A stretch of DNA of 64,000 bases from Candidatus Omnitrophota bacterium (GTDB lineage Bacteria; Omnitrophota; Gorgyraeia; Zapsychrales; JANLHA01): contig JAKLFA010000001.1 of the NCBI GenBank assembly GCA_022711395.1, positions 387,277 to 451,276 of the forward strand. The letters are read 5' to 3'. This document shows positions 1 to 10,098 of the stretch, piece by piece. Positions within the stretch are counted from its first letter, which is position 1, and every line of letters starts with the position of its first letter. Made by a program: the position numbers and the translations under genes. The notes beneath the pieces were generated by a model. That model saw only the letters and a program-made list of their open reading frames with translations. It made no database searches and was not told where the DNA came from.

Positions 1-236
1 TGACGCTGCTGGGGTATGAATTTTCATCTTTGCTGAGCGGGGCGGCTTTGATCGAGATCATTTGCTCCTGGCCGGGTTTGGGGTCTTTGATGCTCACGGC
101 GGTCCGTTCCAAGGATGTGTATCTGGTGATGGCCAGTTTTATGATGGGAGGGGTTTTATTTTTGATCGGGAATCTGCTGGCTGATATTTTATTGGCGCGG
201 CTTGATCCGAGGATCCGTTATGAAAGATTATCATAA
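1..236 (+). CDS. Oligopeptide/dipeptide ABC transporter permease, C-terminal fragment (OppB/DppB-like). The gene starts upstream of the window.
   Basis: The ORF runs open from the window edge to the TAA at 234–236. The C-terminal sequence ...LFLIGNLLADILLARLDPRIRYE is typical of OppB/DppB permease ends. Confidence 0.6.
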   Translation, partial: TLLGYEFSSLLSGAALIEIICSWPGLGSLMLTAVRSKDVYLVMASFMMGGVLFLIGNLLADILLARLDPRIRYERLS

Positions 237-1305
237 AAGCGAATTTCAGATCGCGCTGGGGAGCTTTCTTCGCAACCGGGCGGCGGTGGTGTGCCTTTGG
301 GTATTGGGCCTGTTGTATGCGGGCGCGATCTTCGCGGATTTTTTGGCGCCGTATTCTTACCAGAATGAGGACCGTGATTATTCTTATTGTGAGCCGACGC
401 GCGTTCATGTTCGCGATGAGGAAGGGCGCTGGCAGCGGCCGTTTGTTTATGGGATGACGGTCTCTTTTGATCAATATCATAAGCGTGTTTATCAGGAAGA
501 CCGCGCGCGGAAATATCCTGTCGAATTTTTTGTTCAGGGTGATGAATATCGGCCCTTGGGCCTGTTATCGTCGAAACTTCGGCTGTTCGGGGTCGCGCCG
601 GAGGGACGGATCCATGTTCTGGGAGCGGATTCCCGAGGGAGAGACCTGTTCTCCCGGATCCTCTACGGAGGAAGGATCTCTTTGTCGATCGGCCTTCTGG
701 GGGTCGCCATCTCATTTTCGATCGGGCTTTTGGTGGGGGGCATCGCCGGATATTATGGCGGGCGCGTTGATAATATTTTAATGCGGGTCTGTGAGATGTT
801 CATGATGGTCCCGGGTTTTTATTTGCTTTTGGCCTTGCGGTCTGTGGTCCCGGCAAACTTTAATTCCATGCAGGTCTATATCTCGATCGTCGTGATCCTG
901 TCGTTCATCGGATGGGCGGGATTGGCCCGTATTATCCGGGGGATGTGCTTATCCTTGCGCGAGCGGGAATTCGTTCTGGCGGCAAAGTCCATGGGAGTTT
1001 CTGATCTTGGGATCATCGTGAAACATGTTTTGCCGCATACCATTTCGTATTCGATCATCGCGGTGATGCTTTCGATCCCCGGTTATATTCTGGCGGAGTC
1101 CGCTTTAAGTCTGATCGGCCTGGGGATCCAGGACCCGTATGCCAGTTGGGGAAATTTGCTCTCAGAGGCTATGGGGATCCTTCAGATCCAGTTCGCGCCG
1201 TGGATCCTGATCCCGGGGCTGTTTATCCTGGTGACGGTGATGTGTTTTAATGTGATCGGGGATTGTTTAAGGGACGTCCTGGACCCGAAAATCAAAAAAT
1301 TATGA
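220..1305 (+). CDS. Oligopeptide/dipeptide ABC transporter permease (OppC/DppC-like).
   Basis: ATG at 220 lies 6 nt downstream of a GAGGA Shine-Dalgarno (SD) sequence and overlaps the upstream stop by 17 nt. The protein is a multi-TM permease with the OppC-type N-terminal extension and an ABC-permease EAA-like loop. The ORF track gives a longer TTG-202 alternative. Confidence 0.75.
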   Translation: MKDYHKSEFQIALGSFLRNRAAVVCLWVLGLLYAGAIFADFLAPYSYQNEDRDYSYCEPTRVHVRDEEGRWQRPFVYGMTVSFDQYHKRVYQEDRARKYPVEFFVQGDEYRPLGLLSSKLRLFGVAPEGRIHVLGADSRGRDLFSRILYGGRISLSIGLLGVAISFSIGLLVGGIAGYYGGRVDNILMRVCEMFMMVPGFYLLLALRSVVPANFNSMQVYISIVVILSFIGWAGLARIIRGMCLSLREREFVLAAKSMGVSDLGIIVKHVLPHTISYSIIAVMLSIPGYILAESALSLIGLGIQDPYASWGNLLSEAMGILQIQFAPWILIPGLFILVTVMCFNVIGDCLRDVLDPKIKKL

Positions 1306-2072
1306 TCTATCAAGTTGAAAATTTGACAGTCCGTGTGAACGATAACGGCGGAAAGCCGTTGGTAAATAACGTGAGCTTTTCGATCGGTTCGGGAGAGATC
1401 GTGGCGCTTGTCGGCGCCTCCGGAAGCGGAAAGACCACGACGGCCCTTGCCGGGCTCGGGCTTCTGGCGGATGGACTAATTGTAGCGTCCGGCCGCGTCC
1501 TTTTTGAAGGGGATGACCTGCTTAAAATTCCGCCGGTCCAACTTCGACGTTTTCGGGGGCGGAGGATCGCGGTGGTCTTTCAGGAGCCGTTATACGCGTT
1601 TGATCCGCTTTTTACGATCGGAGCGCAGATTGATGAGGTTTTGGAGGTCCATTTTGGAGCGCATGCCGCTGAGCGCAAAGACAAGGCTCTGGCATTGCTC
1701 AAGCGCTGCGGAATTGAGGAGGCGGAACGGGTTTATCGAAGTTATCCGCATCAGTTGAGCGGCGGTTTGCGCCAAAGGGCGATGATCGCCCAGGCTTTGG
1801 CCGGGGAACCCAAACTGATCATCGCTGATGAGCCGACCAGCAGCATTGACGTGACGCTGCAGGCGAAGGTTCTGGAACTGTTTCAGCAGTTGCGAAAGGA
1901 ATTGAATTTGTCGATCCTTTTGATCACGCATGATCTGGGACTGGTCCGGCATTTGGCGGACCGTGTTGTTGTTCTGAGGCAGGGGGAGATCGTAGAGCAG
2001 GGCAGGGTCGGGCATGTTTTGACGGCTCCGCGGCATGTTTATACACAACAGTTAATGGCGGCCGGCGGGTAA
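1302..2072 (+). CDS. ABC transporter ATP-binding protein (OppD-like).
   Basis: ATG at 1302 overlaps the oppC stop (ATGA). It has a Walker A motif GASGSGKTT, the ABC signature LSGGLRQR and Walker B LIIADEPTS. Confidence 0.85.
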   Translation: MIYQVENLTVRVNDNGGKPLVNNVSFSIGSGEIVALVGASGSGKTTTALAGLGLLADGLIVASGRVLFEGDDLLKIPPVQLRRFRGRRIAVVFQEPLYAFDPLFTIGAQIDEVLEVHFGAHAAERKDKALALLKRCGIEEAERVYRSYPHQLSGGLRQRAMIAQALAGEPKLIIADEPTSSIDVTLQAKVLELFQQLRKELNLSILLITHDLGLVRHLADRVVVLRQGEIVEQGRVGHVLTAPRHVYTQQLMAAGG

Positions 2073-2077
2073 GATTT

Positions 2078-2938
2078 ATGTTGCTGAGAATCCAGAATTT
2101 GAAAAAGTATTTTTATAAGGGATCCGGTCTTTTTACGGCATCGCGGGTGCATGTCAAGGCCGTCGACGGGGTGTCTTTGGATGTTCACGCCGGTCAGCAT
2201 GTGGGCCTGGTGGGGGAATCCGGTTCAGGAAAGAGCACCCTGGCACGGCTGATTGTGCGTTTGTATGAACCCGAGGAGGGGACGGTGATCTGGGACGGGC
2301 GCGGGGGCTTTTGCAAGAAACGATCACACGATGCCCGGCGTGATGTTCAGATGGTGTTTCAGGACCCCTACAGCAGCCTGGATCCGCGGTTTACGGTGCG
2401 GCGGATACTGCTGGAGGCTCTTTCGCTTTGCGGTGAGAAGATCTCCCCAAAAGAGCAAACAGGGCGCATGCAATCGGTCCTGGCTTCCGTTGGCCTTGAG
2501 GAAGGGGCTTTGGGCCGATTCCCTCATGAATTCAGCGGAGGAGAGCGCCAGCGGGTCGCGATCGCGCGGGCGCTTCTTATGAAGCCTCGGCTTTTGATCC
2601 TTGATGAGGCGGTCTCTTCTCTGGATGTGCTGGTTCAGCAGCAGATCGTGGAACTTTTGCTGCAGCTGCAAAAAGATTATTCCCTGACATACTTATTTAT
2701 TACGCACAATCTGAAGATCGTCCGTAAACTTTGCAAAAGGATCGCCGTGATGTATCGGGGAAAGATCGTTGAGACGGCAGAGACCGACGAGCTTTTCAAA
2801 AACCCGCTACATCCTTACACGCAGAGGCTTCTGGCGGCGGCCATGGACTACCGTGTTCACGAAACGGCATGGATCGAAAATTTCACGGAAAAATTTCAAT
2901 TAATTGATAAAGGGAACAGCCATTTTGTGTTAGAGTAA
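2078..2938 (+). CDS. ABC transporter ATP-binding protein (OppF-like).
   Basis: Walker A GESGSGKST, signature FSGGERQRVAIARAL, Walker B LLILDEAVSSLD. It immediately follows the OppD-like gene. Confidence 0.85.
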   Translation: MLLRIQNLKKYFYKGSGLFTASRVHVKAVDGVSLDVHAGQHVGLVGESGSGKSTLARLIVRLYEPEEGTVIWDGRGGFCKKRSHDARRDVQMVFQDPYSSLDPRFTVRRILLEALSLCGEKISPKEQTGRMQSVLASVGLEEGALGRFPHEFSGGERQRVAIARALLMKPRLLILDEAVSSLDVLVQQQIVELLLQLQKDYSLTYLFITHNLKIVRKLCKRIAVMYRGKIVETAETDELFKNPLHPYTQRLLAAAMDYRVHETAWIENFTEKFQLIDKGNSHFVLE

Positions 2939-2958
2939 AATTGTCTTTATAGAAAGGG

Positions 2959-5289
2959 ATGTTGTTTATGAGTGATAATTTTTGGCGGAGGATAAGCTTA
3001 ATATTCGGGATCATTGCCTTAGGAGGGATCTTTTCGCTGGCGATCCTGATGGCGCATCTTGAGATCAAGGACCTCGATCTCTGGCTTCATATCGGAGTGG
3101 GCCGCTTCATCGTTGAGAACGGGTTTCAGGTCCCGCAGGTGGATTTTCTTTCTTCCACGGTTGCCGGCACGCCGTGGAACAATCATGAGTGGCTGTTCCA
3201 GGTCTTGGCGTATCTCATTTATCAGGACGCGGGGCCTGACGGGCTGATCACGATGCAGGTGGTCCTGATTACGGTTACACTTTTATTGCTGGCTTTTCTG
3301 GGATACAGCAGGGAGAGGCAGTTCTTATCGGTGTTCGGGCTGCTGTTCGTCGTTTTTGTTTACATCGGCAGGTTCACGATCCGGCCTGATCTTTTCAGCC
3401 TGTTCTTTTTTACGCTTTATATTTTTATCATGGCGATGTTTTTGGACCGCAAATGGACGATCCCCGCTGTTTTTCTCATCCAGGTGATTTGGACCAATAT
3501 GCATGGATTCTTTTTTTTCGGTCCGGTGATCATCCTTTTGTCGCTGGTCTCTGAATGGAGCAAACGCCATTTGAAATTGCCTTGGGAGTGGAATTCGATC
3601 TCCCGGCTTGAAGATGATGAATACGCTCATCTGAAGTGGATGCTTTTAGTCGCCATGCTGGCTTGTTTCATCAATCCTGGCGGGATCAAGGGGGCGTTGT
3701 ATCCGATTTTTATTATGTTCCAGATCTCTGGCGATTCGAAGATATTCTTCGATCATATCGTGGAGCTGCAGAGGCCGATCACGAAAGAGACCCTGTTCTC
3801 TTTGGGGGAGAACTCTCAGTACCGTTTGCTTTTGCTAATCTCGGCGGTGAGCTTTTTCTTTAACCGGAGAAAGATGGATATCGGGGTTTTTGTTTTTTGG
3901 CTGATCTTTCTGTTCTTTTCCCTGGTCGCGGCCCGCAACATGGTCTTTTTTTCTTTCGCTGCTTATTTGGCGTTCATGAACAACGCGATGACACTGTCGC
4001 TTAAAGACCTCGTGCCGCTCACGTTGGAGGACAAAAAATTCAGTTACATCGCGGGAGCGTTCGCCAAGGTCCTGATCCTCATCGCGGCTTTGCAGTTCGT
4101 GATCGAGCTGACCGGCAACGGATATTTTGATTTTGACAAATATGAACGCAAAAGCGAGTTCGGAGGGGTGTCGCAGCGTAATTTTCCCGACAAGGCCGTG
4201 GATTTTCTGGTTGATCACCGCGTCAAGGGAAACATTTTCAATGATTTTAACAGCGGCGCGTATTTAGTGGGAAGGGTGTTCCCGAACATCAAGGTGTTCA
4301 TAGACGGCCGGACGGAAGTCTACGGGCCGAAATTTTTCTCGTATTATAAAACAATTTGGATGGATCAGAATTTGGATGAGTTTGACAAGGCCGTCGAAAA
4401 ATATCATCTGACGATCGCCTTGATCAACACGGTCAGCGGTGAGGGTCCGCCTAAGCTTTTGAGGCACCTTTATGAGTCAAAGGATTGGGTGCCGGTCTAT
4501 CTGGGCCATGACGCGGTGATTTTTCTAAAGAACACCCCGGAAAACGCTCAGTTGATCGCTGAAACGGCCCTTAACCTCGAGCACTGGCAGATTGAGCCTC
4601 TTGACATTTACCGTTTGGGATCCCGCAAGGTCGTTCCTTATCAGCATATGCACCGGGCCTTTATTTTACGGTCGATGGGGCTCAATGAGGCGGCCAAGCA
4701 GGAACTTGAGGAAGCCCTGCATGCCTATCCGGCGTTTGATGAGGCGATGGGGCTCCTCGGGGACATTTACGCCGAGGGAGGGGATTTTGAAAACGCGTTT
4801 TATTATTTCCGTACGGCGTTGACGTTTGACGTTGGAAATTATGACCTTCGTTTGAAGATGGCAAAGGCCTATGACCGATTGCAAATGTATGATTATGCCA
4901 TCCAGCAATACCGCCGGATGATCGAAGATTCTCCTCAGAAGCCTAACGCTTATTTTGAATTTTCCCGCACGTTACTGCGCCAGGGCGATTTCAAGGAAGG
5001 CCTTGCTGTTCTTGAAAAGGCCAATGGCCTTCAGCCCGATAATGTCCGCGACCTGATCGTGCTCGGTGATCTTCTTGCGGAGAAGGGCAAATACCCGGAG
5101 GCTGTTGAAGTGTATCATCGGGGCGTGGGCAAAGCCAAGGACCAGGCTGAGCTGAACGTGAAGATGGGCGATGCGTTCGAGAAGATGGGAAATATGGAAA
5201 AAGCCCGGGAGTCCTGGTCTGCCGCTTTTGAAGCGGATCCTGAATATGAAGAGGCGAAGCAGCGTCTGGAGTCGTCGTCGGCAAAGTAG
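2959..5289 (+). CDS. Polytopic membrane protein with C-terminal TPR repeats, architecture like a GT-C-fold glycosyltransferase (TMTC/PMT/ArnT-like).
   Basis: About 480 aa containing more than 10 predicted TM helices. The last 300 aa are TPR-like repeats (…AYFEFSRTLLRQGDFKEGLAVLEKA…, …LGDLLAEKGKYPEAVEVYHRG…). The glycosyltransferase assignment is by architecture only. Confidence 0.5.
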   Translation: MLFMSDNFWRRISLIFGIIALGGIFSLAILMAHLEIKDLDLWLHIGVGRFIVENGFQVPQVDFLSSTVAGTPWNNHEWLFQVLAYLIYQDAGPDGLITMQVVLITVTLLLLAFLGYSRERQFLSVFGLLFVVFVYIGRFTIRPDLFSLFFFTLYIFIMAMFLDRKWTIPAVFLIQVIWTNMHGFFFFGPVIILLSLVSEWSKRHLKLPWEWNSISRLEDDEYAHLKWMLLVAMLACFINPGGIKGALYPIFIMFQISGDSKIFFDHIVELQRPITKETLFSLGENSQYRLLLLISAVSFFFNRRKMDIGVFVFWLIFLFFSLVAARNMVFFSFAAYLAFMNNAMTLSLKDLVPLTLEDKKFSYIAGAFAKVLILIAALQFVIELTGNGYFDFDKYERKSEFGGVSQRNFPDKAVDFLVDHRVKGNIFNDFNSGAYLVGRVFPNIKVFIDGRTEVYGPKFFSYYKTIWMDQNLDEFDKAVEKYHLTIALINTVSGEGPPKLLRHLYESKDWVPVYLGHDAVIFLKNTPENAQLIAETALNLEHWQIEPLDIYRLGSRKVVPYQHMHRAFILRSMGLNEAAKQELEEALHAYPAFDEAMGLLGDIYAEGGDFENAFYYFRTALTFDVGNYDLRLKMAKAYDRLQMYDYAIQQYRRMIEDSPQKPNAYFEFSRTLLRQGDFKEGLAVLEKANGLQPDNVRDLIVLGDLLAEKGKYPEAVEVYHRGVGKAKDQAELNVKMGDAFEKMGNMEKARESWSAAFEADPEYEEAKQRLESSSAK

Positions 5290-5302
5290 TTTTTGGAGAT
5301 GG

Positions 5303-5331
5303 TTGCGAAGTCTTGCCGGCTGGCATATAAT
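5303..5331 (+). promoter_or_regulatory. Candidate sigma70 promoter for glgC (TTGCGA-N17-TATAAT).
   Basis: -35-like TTGCGA at 5303–5308, 17-nt spacer, consensus TATAAT at 5326–5331. It lies about 40 nt upstream of the glgC ATG. Confidence 0.4.
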
Positions 5332-5370
5332 GATCCTTTATTATTTAGACATTAATCGAAAGGCAGTCTT

Positions 5371-6597
5371 ATGCGCAATGTTCTGACGTTTATTTTAGCG
5401 GGTGGAAAGGGGGAGAGGCTGAATCCTTTGACCCGTGACCGCGCAAAACCGGCGGTCCCATTCGGCGGGATATACCGGATCATTGATATTACCTTAAGCA
5501 ACTGTATCAATTCGGGCCTGCGGCGGATCTATGTCCTGACCCAATACAAGTCGTTTTCGTTGCAGAAACATCTCCTTTCAGGCTGGCTGGACATCGTTTC
5601 ATCGCAGCTGGGAGAATTCATTGACCTTATTCCGGCGCAACAGAGGGTAAGTGCCGACTGGTATTTGGGAACGGCGGACGCCATTTATCAAAATATGTAC
5701 GCGATCTCGGACACGAATCCCGAGCACATCCTCATTCTCGCGGGGGACCATGTTTATAAAATGAATTACCAGGATATGCTCGATCAGCATTTGACAAATA
5801 AAGCGGATGTGACGGTTTCCTGCATTCCCATGCCGGTTGAGACCTCTTCCGCGTTCGGGGTAGTGGAGGTGGATGATAACGGGTGTGTGTGCGGGTTTCA
5901 GGAAAAGCCCAAGCATCCCAGGACGATCCCGGGAGCGCCGGACCAGATCTTCGCTTCCATGGGGATTTATCTCTTCAATAAGGATTCCCTGTGCGAAGAG
6001 CTGGAAATAGACGCCAAGACGCCTTTGTCGCAGCATGATTTCGGGAGGAATATCATTCCGCAAATGCTCAAGCGTGACCGGCGGGTTTACGCGTATAATT
6101 TTTCTGATTCACAGGGCCGTCCGAAATATTGGCGGGATATCGGGACCCGGGACGCGTATTATCAGGCTAATATGGACCTCGTCAAATATGGGGGAGAGTT
6201 CAATATTTATGACAGAAGTTGGCCGTTGCGTACGAACCATATCCAATATCCGCCGTCCAAGACGGTCAGTTATATCAATCAGAACGGAAGCCGTATCGAC
6301 AGCGTGATCGTTGATTCGTTGATCTCCGGCGGTTGCGTTGTTGAGGGGGCGACCGTCAAAGGTTCTGTCCTGTCTCCCAGCGTCAAGGTCGAGTATGGAG
6401 CTCAGGTCCTCAATTCCGTGGTCATGAACAATGTGACGATCGGCCACGGCGCCAGGATCCAGAACGCGATCATCGATAAAGAGGTGAAGATCGCGCCCGG
6501 AGCGCAGATCGGCTACAACGCTGAGGAGGATCGGAAGCTGTTCGATGTGACAGCCTCCGGAATCGTGATCGTTGGAAAGCGGGAGTCTGTGGGCTGA
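5371..6597 (+). CDS. glgC: Glucose-1-phosphate adenylyltransferase.
   Basis: N-terminus LAGGKGERLNPLTRDRAKPAVPFGGIYRIIDITLSNCINSG and FQEKP match canonical GlgC motifs. A left-handed beta-helix C-terminus is present. Confidence 0.9.
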   Translation: MRNVLTFILAGGKGERLNPLTRDRAKPAVPFGGIYRIIDITLSNCINSGLRRIYVLTQYKSFSLQKHLLSGWLDIVSSQLGEFIDLIPAQQRVSADWYLGTADAIYQNMYAISDTNPEHILILAGDHVYKMNYQDMLDQHLTNKADVTVSCIPMPVETSSAFGVVEVDDNGCVCGFQEKPKHPRTIPGAPDQIFASMGIYLFNKDSLCEELEIDAKTPLSQHDFGRNIIPQMLKRDRRVYAYNFSDSQGRPKYWRDIGTRDAYYQANMDLVKYGGEFNIYDRSWPLRTNHIQYPPSKTVSYINQNGSRIDSVIVDSLISGGCVVEGATVKGSVLSPSVKVEYGAQVLNSVVMNNVTIGHGARIQNAIIDKEVKIAPGAQIGYNAEEDRKLFDVTASGIVIVGKRESVG

Positions 6598-6616
6598 TCG
6601 TGATCTGGTTTTAAAA

Positions 6617-6656
6617 ATAAAAAACCCTCGGGCCGTTTGACCCGAGGGTTTTTTGT
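6617..6656. terminator. Bidirectional rho-independent terminator.
   Basis: Perfect 8-bp GC-rich stem CCCTCGGG/CCCGAGGG with an 8-nt loop, flanked by AAAA on one side and TTTTTT on the other. It sits between the convergent glgC and etfA genes. Confidence 0.8.
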
Positions 6657-6666
6657 CGGCGAAAGA

Positions 6667-7863
6667 TCAACGCCTCAACGCCTCTTTGAATTTTCGTGTC
6701 AAAAGTGGAACGACCTCAAAGACATCCCCCACAATACCGAATGTCGCCACGCTAAAGATCGGGGCGCTGGCGTCTTTGTTGATCGCGATGATGATATCAG
6801 AAGACTGCATGCCGACCAGATGCTGGATCTGCCCGGAAATGCCGCAGGCGATATAGATCTTGGGGCAGACGGTCTTTCCGGTCTGTCCTACCTGATGAGA
6901 ATAGGGCATCCAGCCGCTGTCGACCGCCGCGCGTGAAGAGCCGACGGCTCCTCCCAGGACCTGGGCCAATTCCTCCAAAAGGGCGAAATTCTCCGGTCCG
7001 CGCATCCCGCGGCCACCTGAAACAATGATGTTGGCTTCCGCAATGTTGATCGTCGCGGTCACTTCCTCAACGATATCCAAAAGCTTGGTGCGTGAGGTAA
7101 GAAGGCTCGGAGCGATCTTTTCTTCGATGATCTCGCCTTTGCGGGACTTGTCAATTTCACTTTCCTTAAAAACTTTATGCCGCACCGTGGCCATCTGAGG
7201 GCGGTGGTTCTTGCTCAGGATCGTTGCCATGATATTTCCGCCGAAGGCAGGCCGGGTCTGAAGCAGGAAACCCTCTTTGGGATCCACATCGAGCCCTGTG
7301 CAGTCGGCAGTGAGCCCTGTGTGAAGTTTGACCGCGACCCGGGAAACGAGCGAACGGCCCATGAAGGTCGCCCCGCACAAAAACATGGCCGGTCGGTATT
7401 TGCGCACAAGCTGGACGAGCACTTTGGTGTAGGGCTCATCCAGGAAATGCTCGAGTTTGGGGCTGTCCACGACGATGACTTTATCGGCGCCGCGGTGGAT
7501 CAGCTGCTTGGCATGCTCGGTGATATTGTGGCCGATGAACACGGCGGTAACTTCGGTCTTGAGCTTGTCAGCCAGTTCCCGTGCTTTTCCAAGAAGTTCA
7601 AAAACAACGGGCTGAACAACTCCCCGTTTCTGCTCGGCAAAGACCCAGATCCCCTTGTAATCTTCAAGATGGGGGGTCTTATTGGTGCTGCGCTGGATCT
7701 CGATCCCCTTGAATTTGCAGGAATCGAGGCACGCGCCGCAGAGCGTGCATTTGTCGCGGTCGATGACCGCCTTTTTGTCCTTCATGGAAATGGCCGCGAA
7801 TGGGCAGACATTTAAACATAAGGTGCAACCGGTGCATTTATCTTCGAAAATTTTGATGCTCAT
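6667..7863 (-). CDS. etfA: Electron transfer flavoprotein alpha subunit with an N-terminal 2x[4Fe-4S] ferredoxin domain (FixB-like).
   Basis: N-terminus has [12 protein letters not shown] and [11 protein letters not shown] ferredoxin motifs. This is followed by an EtfA fold with the FAD-binding C-terminal region (…[15 protein letters not shown]…). Confidence 0.85.
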   Translation of the reverse strand: MSIKIFEDKCTGCTLCLNVCPFAAISMKDKKAVIDRDKCTLCGACLDSCKFKGIEIQRSTNKTPHLEDYKGIWVFAEQKRGVVQPVVFELLGKARELADKLKTEVTAVFIGHNITEHAKQLIHRGADKVIVVDSPKLEHFLDEPYTKVLVQLVRKYRPAMFLCGATFMGRSLVSRVAVKLHTGLTADCTGLDVDPKEGFLLQTRPAFGGNIMATILSKNHRPQMATVRHKVFKESEIDKSRKGEIIEEKIAPSLLTSRTKLLDIVEEVTATINIAEANIIVSGGRGMRGPENFALLEELAQVLGGAVGSSRAAVDSGWMPYSHQVGQTGKTVCPKIYIACGISGQIQHLVGMQSSDIIIAINKDASAPIFSVATFGIVGDVFEVVPLLTRKFKEALRR

Positions 7864-7864
7864 A

Positions 7865-8647
7865 TTAATTCAACCTATCCTTTAAAAGATGAACGATTTT
7901 TGTGGCCGCTTCTTCAGGGTCCCCGTCAAAGATCTCGCCTTTGGGGCGCGGAGGGGGCGTGAAGATCTTGGACACCCATGTCGGGGAGCCTCCTAATCCA
8001 AGCTGTCCTTCATCAGCATCGATGTCGATGGCTTTCCAGGATATGATCTCTGCCTTTTTGGCTTTCATTTTTCCTTTTAAAGAAGGAAGGCGCGGCTCGT
8101 TGATCTCTTTGACAACAGTGAGAAGGCAGGGGAGGGATGTCTGGATGATCTCAAATCCTTCCTCGGTCATACGTTCGGCGACCAGGGTTTTATCCTCGAT
8201 CTTTTCGATCTTTTTGACATAGGTGATCTGCGGGATGTCCAGCTGGGTGGCGATGCCGGGCCCGACTTGGGCGGTATCACCGTCAGAAGCCTGTTTTCCG
8301 CAGATAATGATGTCGAATTCCCCGGTCCGTTTGATCGCGTTGGCCAGCGTATAGCCGGTCGCCAACGTGTCTGATCCGGCAAAGGCGCGGTCGCTGACCA
8401 GGATGGCATCGTCGCAGCCCAGGGCGATCGCTTCCCGCAGGGCGTTCTCCGCCTGGGGCGGGCCCATGGTGATGACGGTTGTTTTTCCGCCGAAGCGTTC
8501 TTTAAGGCGCACGCCTTCTTCGATGGCGTACATATCAAAAGGATTGATAATAGACTGAACACCCTCTCGGATGAGGGTATTGGTTTCCGGGTCGATCTTG
8601 ACCTGGGTCGTATCAGGCACCTGTTTGATGCAGACAACTATGTTCAT
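7865..8647 (-). CDS. etfB: Electron transfer flavoprotein beta subunit.
   Basis: MNIVVCIKQVPDT… start and overall EtfB/FixA similarity. It is adjacent to etfA. Confidence 0.85.
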   Translation of the reverse strand: MNIVVCIKQVPDTTQVKIDPETNTLIREGVQSIINPFDMYAIEEGVRLKERFGGKTTVITMGPPQAENALREAIALGCDDAILVSDRAFAGSDTLATGYTLANAIKRTGEFDIIICGKQASDGDTAQVGPGIATQLDIPQITYVKKIEKIEDKTLVAERMTEEGFEIIQTSLPCLLTVVKEINEPRLPSLKGKMKAKKAEIISWKAIDIDADEGQLGLGGSPTWVSKIFTPPPRPKGEIFDGDPEEAATKIVHLLKDRLN

Positions 8648-9804
8648 TTCTTCTTGCTTTCTTTTATGAGATTGAGAGCGATAATGCTGCGCTGAATTTG
8701 ATTGGTTCCTTCGTAGATCTGGGTGATCTTGGCGTCACGCATGAATTTTTCGACCGGATATTCATTAATGTAACCGTAACCACCGAAGATCTGGACCGCG
8801 TCCGTCGTGACCTGCATGGCGACGTCGGAAGCGAACATTTTTGCCATGGAAGATTGCATGGTGACGTCTTTGACCCCCGCATCGATCTGACGTGCCGCGG
8901 AATAAACGAGCGCGCGGGCTGCCTCGATCTGGGTGGCCATGTCAGCCAGCATGAACTGCAGGCCCTGGAAACTGGCGATGCTTTTTCCGAACTGAACGCG
9001 TTCCGTGGCATACTTAAGGGCTGCGTCAAAGGCGCCCTGGGCGATCCCCACGGCCTGAGCCCCGATCCCCGGCCGGGACATGTCAAAAGTTCTCATCGCG
9101 ATGAGAAAGCCCTGTCCTTCGCGTCCGAGGAGATTTTCTTTAGGGATCCGGCAGTCGGTAAAGATCAACTCACGGGTGGAAGAGGCGCGGATGCCGAGCT
9201 TTTCTTCCTTTTTTCCGAAGGTGAACCCGGGGGTGTCTTTTTCAACGATAAAGACGCTGGCGCCACGTGTGCCTTTGGATTTGTCGGTCATGGCGACGAT
9301 CGTGTAGATTTCCGCTTCGCCGCCGTTGGTGATGAAATGTTTTGTCCCGTTTAAGACATAATAATCGCCTTCCTTTCGGGCGGTTGTCTGCATGGCGCTG
9401 ACATCAGAACCTGCGGCCGGTTCAGTGATGCCATAGGCGGCCAATTTTTTTCCGCTGGCGATATCGGGCAGGTATTTCTTTTTTTGATCTTCATTTCCGA
9501 AGAGCAGGATCGGATCGGTCCCCAAAGCGGTCCCGGCAAAGGACAAGGCGATCCCGGCGCATCCGCGGGACAGTTCTTCCGCGGTAATGCACAATTCTAA
9601 AATCCCGCCGCCCATACCGCCATACTCTTCAGGAATATAGACTCCGCAAAGGTCGGACTGCGCCAGGATCTTCACGATCTCCCAGGGGAATTTTTCTTCC
9701 CGGTCGTATTTCGCGGCCACTGGCTTGATCTTTTCTTCAGCGACCTCGCGGCAAAGGTCTCTCAGCATGATTTGTTCTTCGGTTAGTAAATAATCCATGC
9801 ACAC
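8644..9804 (-). CDS. Acyl-CoA dehydrogenase (short-chain/butyryl-CoA dehydrogenase-like).
   Basis: ACAD fold with …YGITEPAAGSD…, an FAD-binding region, and a C-terminal …IYEGTNQIQR… motif. It forms an operon with etfBA. Confidence 0.85.
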   Translation of the reverse strand: MCMDYLLTEEQIMLRDLCREVAEEKIKPVAAKYDREEKFPWEIVKILAQSDLCGVYIPEEYGGMGGGILELCITAEELSRGCAGIALSFAGTALGTDPILLFGNEDQKKKYLPDIASGKKLAAYGITEPAAGSDVSAMQTTARKEGDYYVLNGTKHFITNGGEAEIYTIVAMTDKSKGTRGASVFIVEKDTPGFTFGKKEEKLGIRASSTRELIFTDCRIPKENLLGREGQGFLIAMRTFDMSRPGIGAQAVGIAQGAFDAALKYATERVQFGKSIASFQGLQFMLADMATQIEAARALVYSAARQIDAGVKDVTMQSSMAKMFASDVAMQVTTDAVQIFGGYGYINEYPVEKFMRDAKITQIYEGTNQIQRSIIALNLIKESKKK

Positions 9805-9970
9805 CCTCCTAATGTATAAGTGTCTTTTATTAAGATTATTATTTAAAGCGGTTTAAAAACTTTTCCATATTACCACATCTTTAAGATGAAACGCAATATT
9901 TTTTTAGCTTAGTTTTTTGTAATTGAATGTCTTTTTTGGCGACAAAATTTAAAAATACCTTAAAATCGGA

Positions 9971-9976
9971 TATAAT
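9971..9976 (+). promoter_or_regulatory. Candidate -10 element (TATAAT) for fabV in an AT-rich divergent intergenic region.
   Basis: TATAAT at 9971–9976 sits in the AT-rich divergent region between the acyl-CoA dehydrogenase gene and fabV. The -35 is poor (TTTAAA). Confidence 0.25.
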
Positions 9977-10098
9977 CTATGATTCAGAGATCTTCAAAAC
10001 TTATTGCAGGGAACGGGCAGAACGTGCTGGAAAGATCTCTTTTAAAATTCAGGAACGTTTTGAACTTTGCGCCATTCAATCCAGGGGAGAGGTTCCGT

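Noticed and set aside
139-715. Minus-strand ORFs (113 and 165 aa) overlapping oppB/oppC
   Set aside because: They are antisense to the permease genes, with Arg/Pro-rich low-complexity translations.
7177-9354. Plus-strand ORFs (212 and 218 aa) within etfA and the acyl-CoA dehydrogenase gene
   Set aside because: They are antisense to well-supported genes, Gly/Asp/Arg-rich, and show no motifs.
9979-10098. N-terminal 40-aa extension of fabV in the ORF track (start 9979)
   Set aside because: FabV/TER proteins begin at the MIVRPKVRGF motif. The ATG at 10099 has a GGGGAGA Shine-Dalgarno (SD) sequence, and the extension lies in the AT-rich promoter region.
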